A DNA stretch of 63,622 nucleotides, filler included, from Octopus bimaculoides (Eukaryota): NCBI RefSeq assembly GCF_001194135.2. It is 9 parts of 5 records of this genome, joined end to end, with 100 filler letters (N's around TTAATTAATTAA, not from the genome) between each part and the next. Parts side by side here need not be neighbours in the genome. Positions count along the whole stretch, not along the records: positions 46,231 to 56,395 come from NC_068987.1; positions 56,496 to 62,247 come from NC_068987.1; positions 62,348 to 63,622 come from NC_068985.1; 6 more parts are not named here. One strand, given 5' to 3'. Of this stretch, positions 52,713 through 63,622 are shown in pieces. The notes under the pieces were generated by a model. That model was not told the origin of the DNA. It saw only the letters and a program-made list of their open reading frames with translations, and made no database searches. The position numbers and the translations under genes were made by a program. Within the stretch, counting starts at the first letter, position 1. Each line of letters begins with the position of its first letter.

Positions 52713-53520
52713 ATGAGGTTCTAAAAAATTTTGCCTATGCTTGTATGTGCTGGGCCTCATACCACCTTCATATCTCATCTCCCTACTCATCCTCCTTTCC
52801 CCATATGCTGAGTGCTGTCCCTACACTCATACTTCTTCATCAAGCATTCACCACATCTCATCTCCCTGCTCCCTTCACCCAAAAACCACCCCTCCTTGAC
52901 ACACATCACACCCCCTAGTTTTTTGTGCTGCCAGTTCCTTCCTTCTCTCCACTTCCAGCCTTCATTCTCATTATCATCCTTTCTCACATGCTATTCCTCC
53001 TCTTCCTTTCTTCTGCCATGCTTCATCTTGAATCTACTATCATTCCCAGTGCCCTCTTTTGACCATCACTATGACTATTCACTATAGCTATCCCTTATGT
53101 ACCTCTACATCTCCCTCCCCACTGCTCCTATACCTTGCTCATCATCTCTCCCTGAACTATCATCCCTGAGCCACTCTTATCTCTTTCTTCTTTCTATTGA
53201 TATTTCCCATCAAGCTGCACCTCCATTCCTGTTCATCACTCACTCCATTCTCCGCTACCTTCATCTGTGACCATATGTCACTATCCCCTCCTGATCCACC
53301 ACCTGTATCATCTCTTGCTTCTTAAATAACATACAGCATAGTGCTTGTGCAGATCTCTCTCCCTCTAGCTGTTACACTTTGGATGTCCTACTGGGTCAAA
53401 GCATGGTACAGGCTACTAGTCATCCTCAGCCATATTAGTTATGTATAATACAACCCTCCCTTCATGCCCTCCATGCTTACAAAACAGGAATAAAAAGCAT
53501 TGTTGTTTTTATGGATTCAG

Positions 53521-53636
53521 GAGCCTCGCCGTAGTCCAACACCAGAAAGGAAACGAGGGAGTCACAAAGAAGATAAAAGTTACAGAAGTCCATCCCCACG
53601 AGGGAGAAGAAACAGAAGTCGCTCTCCACACAGAAG
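53521..53636 (+). CDS. PRPF38A: PRPF38A exon at the start of the RS-rich tail (exon 6 equivalent), 116 nt
   Basis: Acceptor ggattcag and donor AG|gtactg, in phase with the previous exon. Encodes EPRRSPTPERKRGSHKEDKSYRSPSPRGRRNRSRSPHR(R), an Arg/Ser-rich sequence as expected for the Prp38A C-terminus. Confidence 0.88.
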
Positions 53637-54191
53637 GTACTGCTTGTTGTTTGTTGACTACAGATTTTTAGATTGAAAAATAAATTTGAATTCCTAACCA
53701 GAGGAATTAAGTTCAATTATATGGCTTCTTAATCTTACAGCCAGATTAGGTCTTCTGGTTTAACATTATGTCTGTATGCACAGGCTTAAGCAAATTTAAA
53801 AACAAATTTTTTTTATTTCTATATTTGAAGATTAGCAATTGCCTACACTAGCAAGTCTCTACCCCTCCCAACAGAAATGTCACTGCTTTTGGGCTGCTAC
53901 AACTACTGTTGTCACAGGTGTTGCTATCAGAACACAAGGGCTACAACAGATACCACTATGTATCTTGCCTGGTACTCTAACAGTTTCATCAATTCACTAC
54001 CCTAGATTGGTGATTTATTTTTTTATTACTCAATCTACAAAAGGGCAAAGTAACCAGTTTAATATCAACAAGGGATGTAAACATCATAAAACTAAGTTTC
54101 ACTCAAGTACTGACCGCTGTGGAATATCAACATTCATACACATGCACACACACACATACACATATGTATACATACAAACATATACATATGT

Positions 54192-54937
54192 GGGATCTAT
54201 TTTAAAACGGGGGCCACAGTTTTCATTAATGTTTTACGTAGTGTTTTTGGTACTGAAAGACTTTCAAACTTCGTATACTTATCTATTTTGTGTTATAGAA
54301 CAGAAAAATATTTTTGTATTCAAATTTATTTCATGTAAAAAATTGTCTTATTTCGATAATTTCAACCAATCACTGACAAGTATTCAGTTGTTTACATTTA
54401 CTCCTTTGGCTGATTAAGTGGTGTAAAGCGTATTTAATCTCCATAACTTCGTTTTATTTGCTTTTTTCATTTTCTTTTTTTTTTTTCATTTTATTTGCTT
54501 TTTTCTTTTTAAATTTGCTGTTTTACCCTAACCCTAACCCTAGGGTTAGGGTTAGCCTATAATAGAAAGGTTTATTAGCTACTNNNNNNNNNNNNNNNNN
54601 NNNNNNNNNNNNNNNNNNNNNNNNNNNNNNNNNNNNNNNNNNNNNNNNNNNNNNNNNNNNNNNNNNNNNNNNNNNNNNNNNNNNNNNNNNNNNNNNNNNN
54701 NNNNNNNNNNNNNNNNNNNNNNNNNNNNNNNNNNNNNNNNNNNNNNNNNNNNNNNNNNNNNNNNNNNNNNNNNNNNNNNNNNNNNNNNNNNNNNNNNNNN
54801 NNNNNNNNNNNNNNNNNNNNNNNTTTTTAAGAAGACTAAGAGAAAAAGATGTTTTATATGACACATTCTACCAGTGCTCCAAGTTTCAAAGTGTTTCATT
54901 AAGAAAATACTGTGGCCCCCGTTTTAAAATAGATCCC
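54192..54937. mobile_element. Non-autonomous DNA transposon with perfect 29-bp TIRs and an internal telomeric palindrome (contains a gap)
   Basis: GGGATCTATTTTAAAACGGGGGCCACAGT at the left and its reverse complement at the right. Flanking direct repeat ATATGT (or TATG if the termini are TGGG/CCCA). Confidence 0.88.
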
Positions 54938-54944
54938 ATATGTG

Positions 54945-54979
<35 letters not shown>

Positions 54980-54981
<2 letters not shown>

Positions 54982-55968
54982 CATCGCCATCATCATCATT
55001 TAACATCTGTTCTCCATGCTGGCATGGGTTGGACAGTTTGACAGGAGCTGACCAGCTGAAAGGCTGTTCAGGTACCATGTCTATTTTGGTATGGTCTCTA
55101 CAGCTGGATGCCCTTCCCAATGCCAGCCACTTTACAGAGTGTACTGGGTGCTTTTATGCAGCACCAACACAGGTGCTTTTTACATGCCACCAGCACCTAT
55201 GAGCCCTCAAGATTAGAGATGCTCAGCTGGGAAGGTTGCAGGGGATGAGGCTGTATGCAAAGGCAACCAAACTTTTACTTAGCTTGATATGTCTTTTCAA
55301 GCACAGCAAGTCACCAGGTGTTTTAATCCTCTGTCATCCTTGCTGTGAGTCCCAACACCTGTAGATCCTTTCTCACCACTTCATCCCACGTCTTCTTGGG
55401 TCTGCCTGTTCCATATGTTTCCTCTACAATTAGAGATCATCACCTTTTGATGCAATTGTCTTCATTCATATGCATTACATGGCCATATCAGTGCAGTCTT
55501 CTCTCTTGCACACTACATCTGATACTGTTTATACCCACTTTTTCTCTCAAATCACTTACACTCTGTCGAGTATGCACACTGACATTACCCATCCAGTGAA
55601 GCATACTAGCTTCATTTCTTTCAAGTCTTCACATTTTTGTACATTCCTGGTGTTTAATGTACCTGCACATTTGCCTCATGTAAAGACTACTTTCTCTGTT
55701 AGTCATCCAGTGATACTGCTGCACTTCTTATGTGTCCATAGCTTGCACTCAGTACACCTTATGGTGCTTCTCCCAACACCTTTTCTACATATTGAGCAGG
55801 GTCATTTCCCTGAAGGGATCTATGATTCGTCTGTTCTCCTACTTACTAAGACTTTGGTCTTTGCTACATTAACTCTAAGGCCCTTTGATTCCAGACCTTG
55901 CTTCCATAGCTGAAATTTCTTCTCTAGTTCTGGTTGTAATTCAGCAATAACAACAAGGTCATTGGAAT
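54980..55968 (-). mobile_element. 5'-truncated RTE LINE (RT end, C-terminus, 3' UTR)
   Basis: NDLVVIAELQPELEKKFQLWKQGLESKGLRVNVAKTKVL (post-YADD region) and GRPKKTWDEVVRKDL, with a (GAT)n tail at about 54980-55000. Confidence 0.88.
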
Positions 55969-55974
55969 AGAAGA

Positions 55975-56320
55975 GCTGTTGGGGCAAGCGAAAGCGAAAT
56001 CGTGATGGCACCTGTGCCCAGCGTCGCCTTCCTGGCACATGTAAAGACATTTGAGCGAGAGTGTTGCCAGTGCCACTGGACTGGCTGCTGCGCAGGTGGC
56101 ACATAAAATACACCATTTTGAGCGTGGCCGTTGCCAGTACCGCCTAACTGGCCATCGTGCCGGTGGCATGTAAAAGCACCTACTACACTCTCGTGGTTGG
56201 CGTTAGGAAGGACACCCAGCTTGGAGCCTGGTGTAGCCATCTGGTTCACCAGTCCTCAGTCAAATCGTCCAACCCATGCCAGCATGGAAAGCGTAAGTTA
56301 AACGATGATGATGATGATGA
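55975..56320 (+). mobile_element. RTE 3' UTR copy abutting the previous RTE head-to-head
   Basis: Same subrepeat UTR and (GAT)n tail as 30640 and 46231. Confidence 0.88.
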
Positions 56321-56679
56321 CATATATATATATAATAAATCTCTGAGCGAGGTATAAACAGTAGCTGCATGATATCGTGAAGTATATTTGCCACCNNNNN
56401 NNNNNNNNNNNNNNNNNNNNNNNNNNNNNNNNNNNNNNNTTAATTAATTAANNNNNNNNNNNNNNNNNNNNNNNNNNNNNNNNNNNNNNNNNNNNGAGGA
56501 GGGAGGAGGAGGAGGAGGGAGGGTATCTTCGTATTATAATTAATGCATAATATGATTTAGCTTATAACTATGTTATTAAAATTATAAGTATAATCTTAAT
56601 ATCTGATAGCTGTGGTAATATGTTGAATGAGGTGATTAAAATGATGACGGCGACTATGTGCCATATTATCAATATAATA

Positions 56680-56898
56680 ATAAGGCGAGCTGACAGAACC
56701 ATTAGCATACCAGGCAAAGCGCTTAACAGTATTTCGTCGGACTTCATGTTCTGAGCTCAAATTCCGTCGAAGTCGACGTTGTGTTTCATCCCTCCGAGGT
56801 CGATGAAATAAGCACCAGTTACGCACTGGGGTCGATGTAATCGACTTTCCCCTCCCCTAAAATGTCAGGCTCTATGCCTATAGTAGAAAGGATTATTA
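56680..56898 (+). mobile_element. Meta/MESC-like tRNA SINE with an (ATT)n tail
   Basis: GGCGAGCTGACAGAA head, TTTCATCCCTCCGAGGTCGATGAAATAAGCACCAGTT domain, tail GAAAGGATTATTATT. Confidence 0.85.
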
Positions 56899-56899
56899 T

Positions 56900-57384
56900 T
56901 TTTTTGTTTGTTTGTTTGTTTCACTCGTGTTCGGTCTTATTTCTGGTAGGATTTACGTGGGTAACTGGTTGCTAACTGTACCCTTAGGTATCCACAAGTT
57001 TTCGGCAGTCTTCCAAGTGCTTAGAACCCTCATGTTAATCCTTGCTATCCCTAAGAGACAAACTTTCTGTAAGAGAGCTCTACCGGACATTCTATTTCAA
57101 TGTCCCTGAGCCACTTATCTATACTTTTGCTTATTGTTCCCAACGCACCAATTATTATAGGCACGACCTTTACTGTTCTCATTCTCCAAATTCTTCCTAT
57201 TTCAAATTTTAAGGGATTGTACTTTACATATTCCTGACGCATTCTCTCCATATATTTTTTTATCAATTTCTTTGATTTTATCGCTTGATCATGGGCTGCT
57301 ACAACTAGGATCCTTGTTTTTTTTCTAATTGCCAATTTTTTTAACCAAGCCCAAGGTTTTGTTCCAATTACAAGGCTCTCCAAA
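56900..57384 (-). mobile_element. R4/Dong-like RLE fragment A (internally deleted)
   Basis: PWAWLKK...VVAAHDQAI joined to KYNPLKFEIGRIWRMRTVKVVPIIIGALGTISK. Confidence 0.85.
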
Positions 57385-57395
57385 ATTATTATTAA

Positions 57396-57458
<63 letters not shown>

Positions 57459-57459
<1 letters not shown>

Positions 57460-57638
57460 TTCTTTCCACAGCTTCTAAACGGTGTCGGCTGTTCACTACC
57501 AGTGAACTAAGGAACACCTCTTATTTTTCGAGCACCTTTCGGAGTGCTGTTTTCTGCAAGTGCTCCGCCCTTATTGCAGCCCCTATGTGTTCCATGTACT
57601 TCTGAAGATTTTTACTCACTGTTCCCAGGGTTCCGACA
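57459..57638 (-). mobile_element. R4/Dong-like 3' fragment B
   Basis: Clearly homologous to the 3' end of the 6507-7258 copy (CTGCAAGTGCTCC.CCCTTATTGCAGCCCCTA). Confidence 0.82.
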
Positions 57639-57680
57639 ATTTATTATTATTATTATTATCATTTTATTTTATTTTATTTT

Positions 57681-58440
<760 letters not shown>

Positions 58441-58812
58441 CAGTACTCTTATTTTTATCACGTGCTTTCACTGCACTACCGAGCGCAGCTCCATGTGCCT
58501 TGGGTATGTGTTGTGGTTTGTTGTGATGCTCTTATTTTCACTATATTTAAAGTGTTTTATGTAGGAAGTCTGCGGTGCCTAGTAGTGTTATTTCCTTTAT
58601 GTTCTATATACTTGTAAGTCCTAGTGTTTTTGTAATGTATTTGTTTGAATGTTTTTATCATACCTAATTCACCTACTATCATAGGAATTGTTTCTGTTTT
58701 TAGGCTCCATATTCGAGTTACCCCTATTTCCAGATCTTTGTATTTTGAAAGTTTTTCCGTTTCTTTTAGAGAAACATTGTCATTTGCTGGTATTGATAAA
58801 TCGATTAGAAAG
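58441..58812 (-). mobile_element. R4/Dong-like 3' fragment D (same subfamily as C)
   Basis: SIPANDNVSLKETEKLSKYKDLEIGVTRIWSLKTETIPMIVG; 3' UTR similar to copy C. Confidence 0.88.
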
Positions 58813-58872
<60 letters not shown>

Positions 58873-58894
58873 CATTATCATCATCAGTAGTAGC

Positions 58895-58964
<70 letters not shown>

Positions 58965-59006
58965 TGGTTCTTGCTGTTGTTGGTGCTGCTGCTGTTGTTA
59001 TTGAGG

Positions 59007-59428
59007 CGAAGGCGGTGAACTAGCAAATTCGTTAGCATACCGGTCAAAGCGCTCACCGGCATTTCGCCCATCTTTACGCTCGTGTTCAAATTCCACTATG
59101 GTCGATTTTGGATTGCAACATTTTGGAGTCGATAAAATATGGACCAGTTGAAATGTGAGGTCGTTATAATTGACTAGCGCCTTACCCTAGTATTTCAGGT
59201 TTTGTGCCTATTGTAGAAAGGATTATTATAGTCGATGTGGTGATCTGGTAGAATCATTAGCACGCCGGTGTTTCATTCTGAGTTCAAATACTGGTGAGGT
59301 CGATTTTGCATTTCAACACTTTGGAGTCGATAAAATAAGAACCAGTTGAATTGTGAGATTGATATCATTGACTAGCCCCCTTTATCCCAAAATATTAGGT
59401 TGTGTGCCTATAATAGGAAGAATTATTA
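59007..59428 (+). mobile_element. Two head-to-tail degenerate Meta/MESC-like SINEs
   Basis: Both share the variant CAACA.TTTGGAGTCGATAAAATA..GACCAGTTGAA and a GAA.G.ATTATTA tail. Confidence 0.72.
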
Positions 59429-60529
59429 TTGCTATTGTTGTTCATTTTGTTTTTAAATCAAAACAGAATTTTCACCATGACCTTTGCACTTTTGTCTTTA
59501 CCAACTGGCCAGCAAGAGGGGACGCTGGGAGTTTATTTTGAAGTTGAAACTGTAAATCATAATCAACACTTCCTACCACACGACACCATAGCCGTTATAA
59601 AGAATAGCAAGTGTAGCAATACTGTCAATGTTAACAATTACAACAGAACGACAGTAGCAGCAGCAGCAACGATTATGTGTCAAACAAAGGAGCAGAGTGA
59701 CAGGCAGCTGCAAGAAATCCACCGCGGTGACCCACAAAATAACTAGCAAGAGAGAGGAATTGATTCTGACCACTACCAACCCTATAGCAATAAACTGTAG
59801 CAGTAGCAGTGAAGCCACTATCGGTACACCAGTAATAAGCAACGACAGCAACAACTAATATTAACAGTGGCAGTAGCAGCAGCAATGGAAGCACGGCTAA
59901 ACGTCGATCGTTCGCTGGTGTGTCAAAATTTTTGATTTTGTTGGTATCTCGAAAACTTTTGATTTTGTCAAATAAGACAATGTCTTCGTTACCTAGAAGC
60001 TGAAACACATCAACAGATTTAGAAGAAAAGTTACAATACTACATGAAATTTCAGAGCAAACAGATAAGAGTGCAATGATATACAGGTCTATATTATTGAA
60101 GAAGCGTCGACTTGACCGAGATCTCGTCGAAAGATTTTGAATTCTGATTGAAAACCGTCAGGGTCGATATACAATTTTTCAACACGTGCAAGTCATTACG
60201 GTTACGTAGGAGTTATGGTTGACTTTTTAGACGGAGATCCTAGCCTAAAATTACTTCACTAAACCACATAGAAGTAAAAAGTTTATTCTAATACCTACCT
60301 GCGCAGAACTGAGATTGATAAACACTAAAAATTGTGAACACTTTTTAGAAGAAGACTTCTGACGGGTAATAAAATGCATTTGTATTGTATTGAAGCACCC
60401 TAAAAGCTGCTAGAAATTAAAAGATTCAAGATGAAAAATTGTTGTTGGAAATCCTGAGAGGCTGGATAGCATCTTCCATCTAATAGACATCTTTATTTAA
60501 CATTGCCTCCCTCAGAATAAGCAGTATGA

Positions 60530-61330
60530 ATGCATGTTGCCTAAGTCCATCTTGGAAGTAAAACCAACTGCTCAAAAATATCAGATGACCAGACATAAAT
60601 GTGGTGGGCGTCAGCTTGGCCAGGACAACCGAAGTACAAGATTTTACGCACAATTTTTAGCAGCCACGAGGTGTGTGTCTCGAAATCGGCCGAGATCAGG
60701 AGGTGGGGTGGTTGTGCTGTTTTCAAAAGGTTTGGCTCTCACGAGACGAATCATCTTCAATACAGAAGATAAGTTAGTGGTGCTGGACGTAACAAGCAAC
60801 AAGAGTCACGCCTTCCAAATAGCAGCTGTCAACGATCCAATAAAGTTGAGATTGACCAGATTTCTTCTAGCGTCTAAAGGTCGTTCTAGTGCTAGTGGGT
60901 GATCGGGACTATATTTTGGATGCATACTTTTCCGTGTGACGTTAGCTGCTGGAAGATAGAGTACAAAATATTCGCATACCTACTCAGAAGTGTTTAATTG
61001 GCTGACATATCAACACATATCAACTGGATTTTTCCAGTGTAACAATGTGGACATGAACAAACCGCATCGGTTCATCTACATCGTATCTAACTACATTACT
61101 CAGTATGTCAACAGAAAAGAATATAGTAGATTCTCCATAGTTTAAATAGATCGGTTACGTAGACCAAGGAAGGTTTCATCGGGAGGGTTCCGAATTGTGG
61201 AAGCTGAATACGCTATAACTAGCCAGTCCAGTTTTCAAAGACCGGATCAGCGAATTAGTTCAGCGGGCGTAAAATAGGGCATTCGTCAACAATACAGAGC
61301 GCTTCGCCCTGAAATTAGAATATAATGGAG
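60530..61330 (+). mobile_element. Degenerate Tx1/L1-like apurinic endonuclease region
   Basis: GGGVVVLFSKGL...DKLVVLDV...FQIAAVNDP (like GRL...FR.VAVYAP), LVGDRDYILD (like GDWN.ILD) and GSELWKLNT (like GYWKFNT). Confidence 0.6.
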
Positions 61331-61399
61331 AATATTTAGTAAGGAAGCAACGATAGAAGAAATTAGATTAGAAAAATATGTCTTTAGAAACATAGAAGA

Positions 61400-61511
61400 A
61401 GCGCAAAAAGTTCCGCGGCATTTCGTCCGCCATTACGTTCCGAGTTCAAATTCCGCTGCGGTAGACTTTGTCTTTCATCCTTTTGGGGGTTGATAAATTA
61501 AGTACCAGTGA
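61400..61511 (+). mobile_element. Meta/MESC-like SINE truncated at the R4 element
   Basis: GTAGACTTTGTCTTTCATCCTTTTGGGGGTTGATAAATTAAGTACCAG. Confidence 0.78.
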
Positions 61512-61927
61512 ATCCACAAGTTACCAGCAGTCTTTCAAGTACTCAGAACACTCCTGATAATCCTTGCTGTCCCTAAGAAACAAACTTTTTGTAGGAGCTC
61601 TACCGGGCATTCTATTTCAGTCTCCTCCTGCCATTTGTCTATATCTTTGTTTAATGTTCCAAATGCACCAATTTTTATAGGCATGATTTTTACTATTCCA
61701 AATTCTCCCTATTTCAAATTTTAAGGGTTTGTGCAATTTTTGTTTTTTGTCCTCTTTCTTTACAATCCTGGAATCAAACGGGCATAGTGGGTCGATAAGT
61801 AAGCAACTTTGCTTTTCCTTATCTATAATTGCTATGTCTGGTATATTATTTTCTACCTTCTTGTCTGTTTGAATAGGAAAGTCCCACAAAATCTTACATT
61901 TCTCCGACTCCAGTTCTCTTTCGACTC

Positions 61928-61929
<2 letters not shown>
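61512..61929 (-). mobile_element. R4/Dong-like RLE fragment (subfamily of copy A)
   Basis: LESEKCKILWDFPIQTDKKVENNIPDIAIIDKEKQSCLLIDPLCPFD...PLKFEIGRIW. Confidence 0.88.
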
Positions 61930-62004
<75 letters not shown>

Positions 62005-62005
62005 T

Positions 62006-62120
62006 TATGTTTGACTTTTGTTTTGCATTTGTACAAGTTGGATCCAAGTCTCACCCAGAGACCTCAAGAGACAACAAGTTAGAAGTTCATGTAGGTGTTA
62101 TGCCTAGGGTACCATATATT
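62006..62120 (-). mobile_element. Probable additional R4-like 3' end with an (AAT)n tail
   Basis: Non-repetitive stretch ending in the (AAT)n tract in the same orientation as its neighbours. Only weak resemblance to the R4 3' UTR. Confidence 0.4.
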
Positions 62121-62489
62121 TGGATTTGTACAGTTTTGTTCTAGTGAATGTTTAAGAAACCATAAGAAAATTATGTGTTTGCTTTAAAATTTGAGATCAC
62201 ATAGACAGTATTTTACGTAGGATATGGGCAGATCCCATGAGCACTATNNNNNNNNNNNNNNNNNNNNNNNNNNNNNNNNNNNNNNNNNNNNTTAATTAAT
62301 TAANNNNNNNNNNNNNNNNNNNNNNNNNNNNNNNNNNNNNNNNNNNNCTGTTCGAATTATTAAACTTAAAGAGGTACCCAAAAGTCCTGATCAAATTCCA
62401 AAAATAAAATATAGTGTACCAATATCTTTGTATATATATATATATATATCTTTGTATATATATATCTATATATATATATATATTCTTTT

Positions 62490-62600
62490 ATTTCTTTCAG
62501 TTATTTGACTGCACCCATGCTGGAGCACCGCCTTTAGTCGGACAAATCGACCCACAGGACTTATTCTTTGTAAGCCTAGTATTAATTCTATAGGTCTCTT
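62490..62600 (-). mobile_element. Octopus-type SINE 3' half
   Basis: Homologous to 23078-23216. Confidence 0.82.
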
Positions 62601-63103
62601 ATGGACTTGCTATTTTAAAAACACCTTAAATTTCAATGGGAGGCGAAGATTCGTCCTAGCAGCGACGAGTGAGAGCACCAGATACATCTCACCTTTTTCG
62701 AGCCTTTTCAATGGCACGTATTTGCAACCAGCCTCACACTCGGATAAAAATATATATTGGCGACATAGGCAGTATTTATACCGAAAGGTAATATTTATAC
62801 CCACTTGAACGTGGATGTTCTGTTAGAACAAACTATACTGCGGAGGATATCGTGAGAGAAACTCTCATGTTGGCTTTTGGCGCAAAATGCACTTTTGGTT
62901 ATATCGCTAACGGAGAGATAAATCCCCGCCATTTCCAGAGCCGAGACCATCAGATCACGTGATTTCGGCCTTCCTTTTTAAATATATATCGCTGCTATGT
63001 CTAGCGGTCGAGCATCCATTATTAATGTGACCAAGGACGGTCTGACAATGTGTATAGACCGACGGATGGACATACAGATAGACTGATAGACAAACAGACA
63101 CTC

Positions 63104-63153
<50 letters not shown>

Positions 63154-63457
63154 ATAGATAGATTTTTGTTCATATTTTTCTCTTCCAAAAACATTCGTCA
63201 GCACAGAAAAGTAATATTCAGCCTCCTCCTCTTTTCCCTCATTCTCTTTTTCATGCTTCCTCTCTGCTTCTTCCTCTTTCCCTTCCTCTTCTTCCTCACT
63301 CTCTGCTTCAGCATCATTCCCATCGTCATCGCTGTCGTCTTCACAACGTTATTACTAATAAACTAGTGTTTACGCACCATATGCGCGCACACATACGCCC
63401 GTACAAGAGGCATGCGCACACAGGCACAAACACACAAGCACACACGCAAACACACAC

Positions 63458-63494
<37 letters not shown>

Positions 63495-63622
63495 ATTTAC
63501 CCGCACATACATATAAAACTGCCTGAGGCACTAACCATTATTAGAAACCGCATAATAGACATTGACAAGCTGTAGTACATAGAAAGTACTTGACCATTTC
63601 AAAATGGCAGTAGCATAACTTT

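Noticed and set aside
53581-53600. Apparent frameshift in the PRPF38A RS exon
   Set aside because: Re-reading gives TAC AGA AGT CCA TCC CCA, so the frame is intact.
54526-54555. Ancient telomere-fusion scar
   Set aside because: Only 2-3 units per side, the orientation is opposite to a fusion, and it lies inside a TIR transposon.
62693-62804. Minus-strand exon candidate ending AAG|gtgaga near a CpG-rich patch with CACGTG
   Set aside because: A single donor match with no supporting exon or homology is too weak to call.

Overview
AT-rich, microsatellite-dense eukaryotic DNA. The SINE and LINE families resemble those I recall from Octopus, so a coleoid cephalopod is likely (inference). Eight artificial 100-bp linkers (44N-TTAATTAATTAA-44N) split the window into nine separately assembled segments, so adjacency across them is unproven. 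The only confidently identified host gene is the splicing factor PRPF38A. Three + strand exons (48887-48972, 50560-50661, 53521-53636) are visible, and the remaining exons are not. Most other interpretable sequence is transposon relic: R4/Dong-like RLE retrotransposon 3' ends stacked in (AAT)n tracts, RTE LINE ends, Tx1/L1-like and other LINE relics, Helitrons, mariner, hAT and other MITEs, and three SINE families. The most notable structures are the R4/Dong stacks, several fold-back hairpins at retroelement ends, inverted RTE and SINE pairs around PRPF38A exons, and a TIR element carrying a telomeric-repeat palindrome. There are also a few low-confidence exon candidates. I found no convincing new multi-gene system.
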